64,000 nucleotides of DNA from Leptolyngbyaceae cyanobacterium (GTDB lineage Bacteria; Cyanobacteriota; Cyanobacteriia; Leptolyngbyales; Leptolyngbyaceae): assembly GCA_046080785.1 (NCBI GenBank), contig JBJTUO010000008.1:12571-76570 (forward strand), read 5' to 3'. A program made the position numbers and the translations under genes. The notes beneath the pieces were generated by a model that saw only the letters and a list, made by a program, of their open reading frames with translations, searched no databases and was not told the origin of the DNA. Shown here piece by piece: positions 1 through 8,054 of the stretch (the stretch's first letter is position 1; each line of letters begins with the position of its first letter).

Positions 1-1
1 C

Positions 2-622
2 TCCGAAGCAGAGTTGGATCTTCTGGCAAGGCAGTGCCAGCAGACTGGTCAAGCCCCTGCTGAATTGATTCGAGGGTGGATCCAGTCCCAGGGGGAGACT
101 CATCGATCTCAATCAGGCTTAACTAGACATCCAGTCCTCAATGATCCAATCCTCTCAAGTCAAGCTGCACCTCCCTTACCGCAGCAACTCTCAGATGAAT
201 TGGAAGAACAGACTTTCTCGCCACAGACTGAGTTTAATTACCAGGCATTTCTCAATACGATTCCCGATCTCGTCCTGCGCGTTCAAGCCGATGGCACCTG
301 TCTGGAGTGCATTTCTCCCAAGGCCCCCCAATCGGCTGTCTTTCTTCCCATCGTGAGTCATATCCGTGAGGTGTTGCCGTCTCATTTGCTGCAGCCGTTT
401 TTACAGCAACTGGAGCAGGCTCTCCTCCATCGATCGGTGCAAGTATTTGAACATCCACTTGAAAAGTATGGTCAGTTGTATTTTGAAGAGGTGAGAATGT
501 TTCCCATCTCTAACAACGAAGGGCTGATTCTGGTACGAAATATCACTGCACAAAAGCGGGCACAGCAAGCAAGAAGGATATCGCATATTTTCTCTTTCAT
601 TAACGTGAGTTCGACGGACTAG
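2..622 (+). CDS. PAS-domain sensor protein fragment, open at the left window edge, with its 3' end supplied by the adjacent IS remnant
   Basis: The ORF track gives 14..622 with a TTG start, but the frame stays open back to nt 2. The PAS-like core reads FLNTIPDLVLRVQADGTCLECISP...EEVRMFPISNNEGLILVRNITAQKRAQQ. No output domain follows. The stop (620-622) lies about 20 nt inside the left inverted repeat of the IS remnant. Confidence 0.5.
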   Translation, partial: SEAELDLLARQCQQTGQAPAELIRGWIQSQGETHRSQSGLTRHPVLNDPILSSQAAPPLPQQLSDELEEQTFSPQTEFNYQAFLNTIPDLVLRVQADGTCLECISPKAPQSAVFLPIVSHIREVLPSHLLQPFLQQLEQALLHRSVQVFEHPLEKYGQLYFEEVRMFPISNNEGLILVRNITAQKRAQQARRISHIFSFINVSSTD

Positions 623-912
623 AAAAATCCGTAAAAAAGGCTGAAACTGGATTTAATCAATCAACCAAACTTCAGCCATGAACACTATCGTATCCCACCT
701 CGATATCACCCAGATCTTCTGTGACGTGGATGACTTCTGCCAACAATTTGAGCACTATTGGCAGCAACAGCCGCAACTGCCTGCTTCTTGGTCAACTTAC
801 TGGCAGGCCTGGTGGCATATACCTACCAGGAAAAGAAACTAGCATTGGATCTGAACATGAAAGGCTTATCTGCTCTACCCCCTGCTATCTTTTAAATTCG
901 TCGAACTGACGT
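603..912 (+). mobile_element. Internally deleted, non-autonomous IS remnant (IS982/IS5-like)
   Basis: Terminal inverted repeats match at 12 of 13 nt: ACGTGAGTTCGAC (603-615) and GTCGAACTGACGT (900-912). A 54-codon ORF at 678..842 starts MNTIVSHLDITQIFCDVDDFCQQFEHYW, the FCxVDDFC N-terminus typical of IS982/IS5-type DDE transposases. A different frame ends ...AYTYQEKKLALDLNMKGLSALPPAIF with its stop at 893-895. The catalytic core is absent. Confidence 0.5.
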
Positions 913-1030
913 TGGGTTAGAATCATTTCCCCGTCAGGCTTCCCGCCTTAAATATACGCCCCCCACAGGGCTTAAAAAATCTGGAACTTATGGGACTGAT
1001 AGGAGGGGGGAATGAATCTTTACGTTCAGA

Positions 1031-1258
1031 TTATTCACCGAGGGAGCGCCAACCTGCTTGCCAGAGCGATCGCTGCTGCAAAAGTTGGGCATTGATCCAA
1101 AATCGAACGGTTGGGTCACAGGCCGCCACCAGTTCAGCAAAGACCCAGCGGCCTTGATTTTTGCGATTGACAACCTCAAAGTGACGCCACCCATCAACCT
1201 GCTGGCAAGCAGTCCATTTTGAGCCCAGTAGATGGGGAAACTTTTGCTTTTGTGCCAT
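1031..1258 (-). CDS. TIGR02450-type tryptophan-rich small protein
   Basis: The 75-aa ORF reads LLGSKWTACQQVDGWRHFEVV...WINAQLLQQRSLWQAGW, matching the Trp-rich conserved hypothetical family. I prefer it over the overlapping ORF 988..1356, which has no recognisable features. Confidence 0.6.
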   Translation of the reverse strand: MAQKQKFPHLLGSKWTACQQVDGWRHFEVVNRKNQGRWVFAELVAACDPTVRFWINAQLLQQRSLWQAGWRSLGE

Positions 1259-1270
1259 GAAATTAGGTAG

Positions 1271-1597
1271 TTAATCCTGCTTGGCCGCAATCGTGGCACT
1301 AAACTCCTCTGGCGAAGCATAGACTTCAAAGAACTTTTCCATCCCGGTCTGCTCAATTAACATACGAGCCTGTGCATTCAAGCTGCACAGAGCAAACCGA
1401 CCTCTAACATCGCGCACCCGCTTGTAAGCCGTAACTAGGGCAGAGAGCCCCGTACTGTCCATAAACAAGGTATTTTGGAGATTAATCAAAATCGTTTTTT
1501 GGCCATCCCTAAGACTGCGGCTAATTTCTTCCAGTAAATCACCGCCGGTAGTCGAACTTAAAATTCGGCCTGACAAAAAGATTGCAAAATCATCCAT
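1271..1597 (-). CDS. STAS-domain anti-sigma factor antagonist
   Basis: The 108-aa ORF carries the SpoIIAA-like motif LQNTLFMDSTGLSALVTAYKRVRDVRGRFALCSLNAQARMLIEQTGMEKFFEVY. Confidence 0.85.
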   Translation of the reverse strand: MDDFAIFLSGRILSSTTGGDLLEEISRSLRDGQKTILINLQNTLFMDSTGLSALVTAYKRVRDVRGRFALCSLNAQARMLIEQTGMEKFFEVYASPEEFSATIAAKQD

Positions 1598-1750
1598 ACA
1601 GTTCCATCTGCCGAGTAATACGCCATCTTAATGAAGTGCCTGACTTTCATTCTACCTTCAGACGTGACATACTCCCGCTGCTCATGTTGTCGCATAGATT
1701 GATAGACCTTACAGGAATTGTCCCCATTCAGCATTATGGGTTGATTTAGG

Positions 1751-1827
1751 CATTGCTGCTTCCAGTGATGAAAAGGATGCAGGATGAATTAAACCGAAGT
1801 TTCAAGCATCCTGCTTTTCAGCAACAC
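1751..1827. repeat. Copy 1 of a roughly 77-80-bp palindromic dispersed repeat (MITE/PATE-like)
   Basis: The sequence is CATTGCTGcttccagtgatgaaaaggatGCAGGATGaattaaaccgaagtttcaagCATCCTGCttttCAGCAAcac. About 85% of positions match 14969-15048. It has an internal 8-bp stem (1779-1786 with 1807-1814) and terminal inverted ends TTGCTG/CAGCAA. Confidence 0.7.
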
Positions 1828-1886
1828 TTGCTTTTGTGAGTTTGCTTTTCACAGTTTCTTTGATGTTCAGGATGTTCAGCTTTTCA

Positions 1887-2279
1887 TCAAAATTCCTCCG
1901 AGAAACCCCTGCCTTTAGGCATGGAGAGGGATAGGAGCGGTGGTCGCAAGACCACCAAGTTTGTGCTGCGGGCAATCAGAGAAACCTTGCTGATGGCGAA
2001 TTGCCCTAAGCGTTTCCAATTGCAGTCAGACACGCTGATCTGCTTCTGGGTGTCGCCGCTCACCCAACCAAGATGCACCTTGCCACCCATCTCTGCCCGC
2101 ACCAGATCCCCCTTGCGGTAGCCGTGTCGGGTCTCGACAAAGTGGGAGCAGGCCAAGGCTAAGCCATCAACCGCATGGGTAGAGAACTCAGCCTTCGACT
2201 TGTCTGACTTGTCTTTGACTAGGCCCAAGTACTTGCGAATGGGGTTCCTGACCAGTGATGTGCTTTCCTCAGGAGACAA
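1887..2279 (-). pseudogene. C-terminal remnant of an IscB / RRXRR-HNH-type nuclease (RuvC-III plus C-terminal barrel only)
   Basis: The 130-aa ORF contains LGLVKDK..STHAVDGLALA, which resembles the RuvC-III H-x-x-D-A motif. It is followed by GYRKGDLVRAEMGGKVHLGWVSGDTQKQISVSD, which resembles the C-terminal domain of RRXRR/IscB proteins. No RRXRR, RuvC-I/II or HNH segment lies upstream, because only about 80 nt separate it from the next gene. Confidence 0.45.
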
Positions 2280-2357
2280 GTTTTTTTTAGCGATTTTCTT
2301 TCCGATGCCTACCCGTCAGGATAGAGCCCAGAAGTGCTTGCCGTTAAAGCTCAATAA

Positions 2358-3044
2358 TTAGTTGGCCAGTTGACTAACTGGCGGGATCCCTAACACTGGA
2401 CAGGTCAGTTTGGCTTGCAGTTGATCAATTAAAGGATGATCCATAGATTCACAGCCAACAACCAGCAGGGACGCTGCTTCTGAGGTAATAACCTGATGCA
2501 ACTCCTGAGAGATCGAGCCAAAGCGCAGATGGGTTTTAAGTGAACCGCGCCATTCTTCAGCCAGTGTTCGAGCTTGCCACAGAATATGATCGGCCCGTTC
2601 AAATTGCTCAATCTGGCAAGTTGAAGTTGCTAGATTGGGCGCACCAGCGTCAGCAATAGCTGTGCCGGTGTATAGACAACGAGATAGAGATACCTTTCCT
2701 CTCTCTTCTGCGGTAATAGTTTTTGGGCGACGGTTTTGCTTTTGTGAGGGCAGGTTAAGAAATTGAGGCCGATTACTCTTTTTTAGTGGCTCAGCACTAA
2801 CCACATAAACAACCTGGACGTTGACTGGTTTACTATTGGCCAGACGAGTTTGGTGGGCAATCCACAAAGTCAAATCTAAAGCCGTTTGACTGCGCGGAGA
2901 GCCATTATAGGCAACAACAAGATTAATATCTGATAGCCCTGTGGTGTCAGACAGCGCTGCATCTGGCAAGAGCATCATCTGGCGAGACAGGCTAGAATGC
3001 CCCAGTGCAGCTCCTAGACGCGCAAGCATGGCTAAAATATTCAC
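2358..3044 (-). CDS. Universal stress protein (Usp) family protein
   Basis: The 228-aa ORF has an N-terminal INLVVAYNGSPRSQTALDLTLWIA and a C-terminal LRFGSISQELHQVITSEAASLLVVGCES, consistent with the Usp alpha/beta fold pattern. Confidence 0.55.
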   Translation of the reverse strand: MNILAMLARLGAALGHSSLSRQMMLLPDAALSDTTGLSDINLVVAYNGSPRSQTALDLTLWIAHQTRLANSKPVNVQVVYVVSAEPLKKSNRPQFLNLPSQKQNRRPKTITAEERGKVSLSRCLYTGTAIADAGAPNLATSTCQIEQFERADHILWQARTLAEEWRGSLKTHLRFGSISQELHQVITSEAASLLVVGCESMDHPLIDQLQAKLTCPVLGIPPVSQLAN

Positions 3045-3998
3045 GATTTAAAACCTCTCAACAACTAGAGTAAACGAGAGGTGGGTCAGGAAACGGCAGT
3101 CACTTGCAAATTCAGTAAACCACCGTTAGGAGACTACGTGGACCACTGCTAAAAAGCCTTAGTCTTGAGTGCTCCTCCCATTGCCGACGGAGTTAGCTGA
3201 CGGGCTAAGACTGGAAGGTGTCTCTCTCATCAAGTTGAGATTAGCCCCAAAAAATGGTTCCTCCGCTTTAAGTCATAATACTTAGCGCAGGCCAAGTATT
3301 ATGAACCTAAACTAAGCTACCCACTCCATAAACAAACAACTTTGCCAATAAATCACTTTCGGTCGTTACACATCGCTTAGGTCAAAACACTTAAGGCAAG
3401 CTTGGTCGGTTAAATGCCAAACTTGGATAGGCGCTCTGACTGACTTTCACCATGGCACTCATGGCGACGGCTATAACACCCCTTGCTCTTTCTCAACTAC
3501 TCAGTCAGTTTAAATAAGGATTGTTGAGAAAAACTGATAAGTTTACAACACAATGCAACTGATTTATCAGGAATTGTTAGCTTTATCAGACATAGACACT
3601 ATAACCTACTCTTTCCCGATCGTCGATCAGCTTGGTAGCAAGCTTTACAGTTGACAAAAAATTGACTGCTTAAAGCCAATCTGATTAAAATTCCTAGTGC
3701 TTATTGTTACTACCACTGCGAAACGGAATAAATCTGTCACCCTGGCGACTAAAGTCGCGGCTATACAGAGAAAATCGTCGATGCAGGTTACTGCAAAGCT
3801 TGGTTTTATTGAGTCCGCGTCGGTGGGCTTTGTTGGTGTAACAGCGGTTTTAACCGCCGGATACTTTTTAAACGCCCGCTTAAGCAGATAGCCCTGATTG
3901 TTAGGTAAAAGACAGACAAAATTCACAGGATGTTTATAAATCAGTTATTATTCTTGCTGCCCAACTGGATGGCCTACTATAGCGACCCAATCAAGATT

Positions 3999-4194
3999 GT
4001 GAAAGGTTTGAGGCTGGTTGACTGACAAAACTCTTGAAACCCTGATTCTGCCCTAGGCTGGGTTAGCTTTCGCGTAACCCAGCGAAACTACTTCTGGTGT
4101 TGGGTTTCGCATTGCTCAACACCAACTTATATCAGATCTTTTGTCAGTCAATCAGGGTTTGAAGAGGAGGTCCTTCTCGCAAACTCCTTTCACC
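3999..4194. repeat. Densely self-complementary, MITE-like structured element
   Basis: Complementary block pairs are C 3999-4013 with C' 4181-4194, A 4018-4030 with A' 4139-4151 (13/13), and B 4031-4047 with B' 4150-4166 (16/17). Two internal hairpins sit at 4057-4083 (GCTGGGTTA...TAACCCAGC) and 4095-4124 (TGGTGTTG...CAACACCA). Confidence 0.55.
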
Positions 4195-4353
4195 ATCCAG
4201 GCGTTCACGAATTATTTAGGATTGCCATATCTAGAGATTTTATTGCTGTCAAGGTTTAGGTAGATTGATTTTTTTGGAAGTCTGGATCCTGGAATGAGGG
4301 CATCACAAAGCGCCGATACTTTTGGTTTACGTTAACTTCATAAAACCCAGAAA

Positions 4354-5619
4354 TTACTCCCTGGTAGAATTTAGTAAATGGTATACAAAATTGTATAAGT
4401 CGGTTTCTGGCTGTTCCTGTAAAGACAAATCTTTCAAATCGATTAATGTATTAACCAGGTTATCTGCTTGCTTGCGGTAGGTGGCATTAGCGGCCAGCAG
4501 GTCAGTAAAGACCTCACGCTCAACCTGGAATCGGCCAGCCTCTTCAGGTAAAGGGGTTTGATACGCCACTGTATCGGCGTCATATCGCAGTAAAAAGATA
4601 AGAGCCTGACTCAGGCATTGCAAACTCTGCTGCAGTTTGCGGATGTCTAACTCCAGGCGATCGAAGCCCACCTGTCCTTCAATCCGCAGCTCTACGATCG
4701 GCTGCTGTTCCGGTCGCAGTTTTTGGGTCTGAATCGCTGTTTTCACCTGCTGTTCAGCTAGTTGTTCTACCTCCTCAAGGCTCTCCTGTCCCCGGAGGCT
4801 AATCCGTAATCGAACAACAGGGCGTTGGTAGTAGTCTCGCTTTAGCTCAGCTTGAATGCCGTCGGGGTCAAATTGCACCAGATAGACGCCCCGCTCATAG
4901 GCACTTTCTTCAATACTGTTAGCCTCTAAGGAACCGGGGTTAAAAATCCAGCCCTCGACGGCATAGTTCTTATGAATGTGCCCCAGAGCCAGATAGTCTA
5001 CCCCCGCTTGCTTGAGCGGAAGCAGGTCAGCGTAGCGCAGGGCACCCTGGTAGCGAGCGATCTGACCTTCCAGCCCATGATGAAACAACATCACCGTATG
5101 AGCAGGGCCAGACGGAAGCGCCTGAATCCCATCTGCCAGTGTCGCGATCGCCTTGGGGGCAGACGCTCCGTACCAGAAGGAACCGACAACCCTCACATCA
5201 CAGTTTAAATCAACATATCCCCCCCGCCTCACATCTGCATCCCACGGCTCGTAGAGCGGCTCCCCATTAGTCGGGTTACCAGGCTCTAGAAGAATTAATA
5301 ATCCCCAGTCAGCCAGGTAGCGCAACCAACTGGTTTTGCTGCCATAGGGCCGATTGTCGTGATTGCCCTCAATCGCTACGACAGGAATTCCGGCAGCTTG
5401 GAGATCTTGTAAACAGACCTGGGCCTGATTCAGAACATGGGGTTGGATCATGCGGTGTTCAAACAAGTCTCCCGCAATCACAACAAAGTCTACCCGCTCA
5501 GCGAGCGCATACCGGTGTAGGGCATCTTGAAATGCTAAAAAGAAATCTTTGGTGCGCTCCTTATTGTCGTAGCGGTCAAATCCTAGATGCACATCCGCTA
5601 GGTGCAAAAAACGAGCCAT
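4354..5619 (-). CDS. SbcD/Mre11-like metallophosphoesterase (DNA repair exonuclease)
   Basis: The 421-aa ORF carries calcineurin-like phosphoesterase motifs: FLHLADVHLG, FVVIAGDLFEH, AIEGNHD and LALGHIHK. Confidence 0.85.
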   Translation of the reverse strand: MARFLHLADVHLGFDRYDNKERTKDFFLAFQDALHRYALAERVDFVVIAGDLFEHRMIQPHVLNQAQVCLQDLQAAGIPVVAIEGNHDNRPYGSKTSWLRYLADWGLLILLEPGNPTNGEPLYEPWDADVRRGGYVDLNCDVRVVGSFWYGASAPKAIATLADGIQALPSGPAHTVMLFHHGLEGQIARYQGALRYADLLPLKQAGVDYLALGHIHKNYAVEGWIFNPGSLEANSIEESAYERGVYLVQFDPDGIQAELKRDYYQRPVVRLRISLRGQESLEEVEQLAEQQVKTAIQTQKLRPEQQPIVELRIEGQVGFDRLELDIRKLQQSLQCLSQALIFLLRYDADTVAYQTPLPEEAGRFQVEREVFTDLLAANATYRKQADNLVNTLIDLKDLSLQEQPETDLYNFVYHLLNSTRE

Positions 5620-5624
5620 AGGTT

Positions 5625-6626
5625 TTATTCCGATCGGTTAAGTTGGTCAATTTCTCGCTGTAACTCCTCAATTTGGCGGCGCAGGGCTTCCACCTCTTCT
5701 GGCTGGCTGGCAGACCTGGATTCTGAACTGGAGGGAGGTGTTGCCGTAACATCCACGGCCCCCGGAGCACCGACTCTCAGGTAGTCGCCGGCCCGAATCT
5801 GGCTAAACTCTTGAGAAGTAGACCACTGACGCAGATAGTGCGCCCGTTCTATCGTAAAGGGATGGGAGAGAAAAATACCAGTTGAGAGGTCGTTATACAA
5901 CAAAAATTTATAAACCTGGTTTAACCCATCTTGATCCAGGGCCTGGTATCTCTCTGACTGGCGCAAAAATTCTTCCAAGCTGAGTTCATGGGCGTGCTTT
6001 TGGCTGCCCCCTGCAATCTGCATAATGGTTTGCAATACGGGATTGAGGTCATCCATTACCAGCAGGGCTGCCCGGTCAGCAGAGAGTTCTGCCTTGCGTC
6101 GCCACTCGGCGAAAGCAGCCAATAACCCCGTGGTCACCAGCATACTGAGGCCAAACGTACGATCGGCTAGACCCGAGATCAGTTGAGTCACCCAGATCGC
6201 CATCTGGCTGAGGGTCGTATGACCGCATTTGATATGACCTAACTCATGGGCAATGACAGTGCGGAGTTCTACGGCGTTCAGTAAATCCAGCAGACCAGAG
6301 TTGAGCACGATGCAGGGGTGGTTTTGCCCTAAAGAGAAGGCGTTAGCTGAAGCAGATTGGGTGACAAACAGGAGCGGTTCCGGGGAAATATCCAGATCTC
6401 TAACGCTCTCGCGGAACATCTGGTAAATGTTGGCATATTGTCGTGGCCCCACTTGAATCCCATTACCCATGAAAAAAACATACTGGGGCCGCTCAGAAAG
6501 AAACTCCACAAATCTGCGGGCCACCAGATCAAAGCCAGGAACGCTACGGAGGGCTTGCTCTGCCTGACGATCGAGGGGATGGCGAAAGGCTTCGCTTGAA
6601 ATTCCAGGGTAGGCGGGCATAGGCAT
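5625..6626 (-). CDS. M48 family zinc metallopeptidase
   Basis: The 333-aa ORF carries the HExxH motif in VIAHELGHIKCGH. Its C-terminal tail is coiled-coil (EEVEALRRQIEELQREIDQL). Its stop lies 5 nt before the sbcD-like start. Confidence 0.85.
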   Translation of the reverse strand: MPMPAYPGISSEAFRHPLDRQAEQALRSVPGFDLVARRFVEFLSERPQYVFFMGNGIQVGPRQYANIYQMFRESVRDLDISPEPLLFVTQSASANAFSLGQNHPCIVLNSGLLDLLNAVELRTVIAHELGHIKCGHTTLSQMAIWVTQLISGLADRTFGLSMLVTTGLLAAFAEWRRKAELSADRAALLVMDDLNPVLQTIMQIAGGSQKHAHELSLEEFLRQSERYQALDQDGLNQVYKFLLYNDLSTGIFLSHPFTIERAHYLRQWSTSQEFSQIRAGDYLRVGAPGAVDVTATPPSSSESRSASQPEEVEALRRQIEELQREIDQLNRSE

Positions 6627-6679
6627 GCTGAAGGAAATCTCTTGTATCCTAGCGGCCCCACAGCAGAACTGCCACTCAA

Positions 6680-7249
6680 TTAGTTAAACTCAATCGAGGA
6701 GGGGGGCTCTAGAGGCTTACGAATGCTTGACTTGAGAGCCGTTAGAACCTTTTCTGCAGTCTGGTCATGATCATCCCCTGGTTCACAAACTACCCGCACA
6801 TCGGCCTGGGCGTAGAGAGGCGATCGCTGCGTCAGTAGAGATTCCAGGGTAGCTCTGGGGTCTGGCGTCTGGAGTAGCGGTCGATTGGGGTCGCCCTTGA
6901 GTCGGTTCAGTAGGGTATCGACCGGTACATCCAACCACAGCACAATGCCTTGATGCAAATAGCTCCAGTTTTGCCGTTGGGCGACAATCCCCCCGCCCGT
7001 AGAAATTACCATCCGGGTGTAAGGAGCGATTTCTGCCAGCACCTGCGTCTCTAATTGGCGAAAGGCTGCTTCCCCCGACTCGGCAAAAAAGTCGCGAATC
7101 GGTTTTCCTACCAGTTGCTCGATCACCGCATCGGTATCGACAAAGCGGTAATTTAGCTGTTGAGCCAATCGCTGACCAACAGTAGTTTTGCCTGCCCCCA
7201 TCATGCCAACCAAATAAAGGCTGACTCCTTTCAATAAATCATCAATCAT
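6680..7249 (-). CDS. aroK: Shikimate kinase
   Basis: Walker A motif GMMGAGKTTVGQRLAQQLNYRFVDTD. I chose the ATG at 7249 (MIDDLLKGVSLYLVG), which avoids overlap with the upstream gene. The ORF track extends to 7300. Confidence 0.9.
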   Translation of the reverse strand: MIDDLLKGVSLYLVGMMGAGKTTVGQRLAQQLNYRFVDTDAVIEQLVGKPIRDFFAESGEAAFRQLETQVLAEIAPYTRMVISTGGGIVAQRQNWSYLHQGIVLWLDVPVDTLLNRLKGDPNRPLLQTPDPRATLESLLTQRSPLYAQADVRVVCEPGDDHDQTAEKVLTALKSSIRKPLEPPSSIEFN

Positions 7250-7271
7250 GGCATCCTGAAAGCTAAACAGG

Positions 7272-7979
7272 TTAACCCATCTGCTGCAAACCTGCAGCAA
7301 ATGTCTGGTATTCCTGCGATCGTAACCCCGCTTGCAACACCTCCAGCACCCTGATCATTTGATTATTCAGCAGTGAATCTACCGCTAACCACAAACCTGG
7401 AAATGTTTGACTGCGAATGATGCCATCCGAGTCAGCAGAGAGCAGTTGATACGCTCCATCGATCAAGCAAAACCATACAATCCGATTTTCATAGGATTGC
7501 CAGATTACATACTCCAATACCCCATTGCGGCGATATACATGCTTTTTGCTGCCGCCATCAATAGCGGCACTACTGGCAGCAACCTCCACCACTAACTCAG
7601 GAACACCTTCCAGATAGCCATCTTCCGTTAGTTTGGCCCGTCCGCCCACTGCTTCATCCAGCAGCAAGACAATATCAGGTTGTAAGTCATTATCCCAATC
7701 CAAACGAACGGTGGGCTCAATCCCCAAACGCAATCCTGGGGTTAAAGTTTGATAAGTCCAGAGCCAGCCGTGGATACGGCTATGAGGTTCTGCATGTTGA
7801 TCGAAACGTAAAGGAGATGCCACGTAAACAATGCCTTCAACCAGTTCTGCTTTTTTAATGTGGGGAACCGCTGCATACCGCCGCTCAAATTCATGGCATG
7901 TCAACCGATCACCACTTTGCAGGGGAGGAACCGTTTGTCCATAATCGGGTTGAGTTGGGGGCGAGTATGCTCTAACCAT
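7272..7979 (-). CDS. Uma2 family (DUF820) putative endonuclease
   Basis: The 235-aa ORF shows the typical Uma2 pattern: LTCHEFERRY...KKAELVEGIVYVASP...HSRIHGWLW...EPTVRLD..DLQPDIVLLL...PELVVEVAS. Confidence 0.85.
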   Translation of the reverse strand: MVRAYSPPTQPDYGQTVPPLQSGDRLTCHEFERRYAAVPHIKKAELVEGIVYVASPLRFDQHAEPHSRIHGWLWTYQTLTPGLRLGIEPTVRLDWDNDLQPDIVLLLDEAVGGRAKLTEDGYLEGVPELVVEVAASSAAIDGGSKKHVYRRNGVLEYVIWQSYENRIVWFCLIDGAYQLLSADSDGIIRSQTFPGLWLAVDSLLNNQMIRVLEVLQAGLRSQEYQTFAAGLQQMG

Positions 7980-8020
7980 CTGCCAGTCCTTAAAACTACC
8001 GTCTAACCTTCACTGTAGCA

Positions 8021-8054
8021 AATTGCTGTTTTTCCAATCTGCTTTTCAGCAATG
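8021..8054. repeat. Minimal, internally deleted copy of the 1751/14969 repeat
   Basis: The sequence aATTGCTGtttttccaatCTGCTTTTCAGCAATg retains both ends of the longer repeat (ATTGCTG ... CTGCTTTTCAGCAA). It lies immediately after the stop of the upstream kinase gene. Confidence 0.4.

Noticed and set aside
988-1356. A 122-aa minus-strand ORF overlaps 1031..1258.
   Set aside because: The alternative frame at 1031..1258 matches the Trp-rich TIGR02450-type family. This frame has no recognisable features and runs into the STAS gene.
3645-3926. ORFs 3645..3926 (-) and 3697..3891 (+) lie in the long non-coding region.
   Set aside because: They are mutually antisense, with no ribosome-binding site, no motifs and odd composition. 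I could not support either as a gene, so I kept the region only as a finding.
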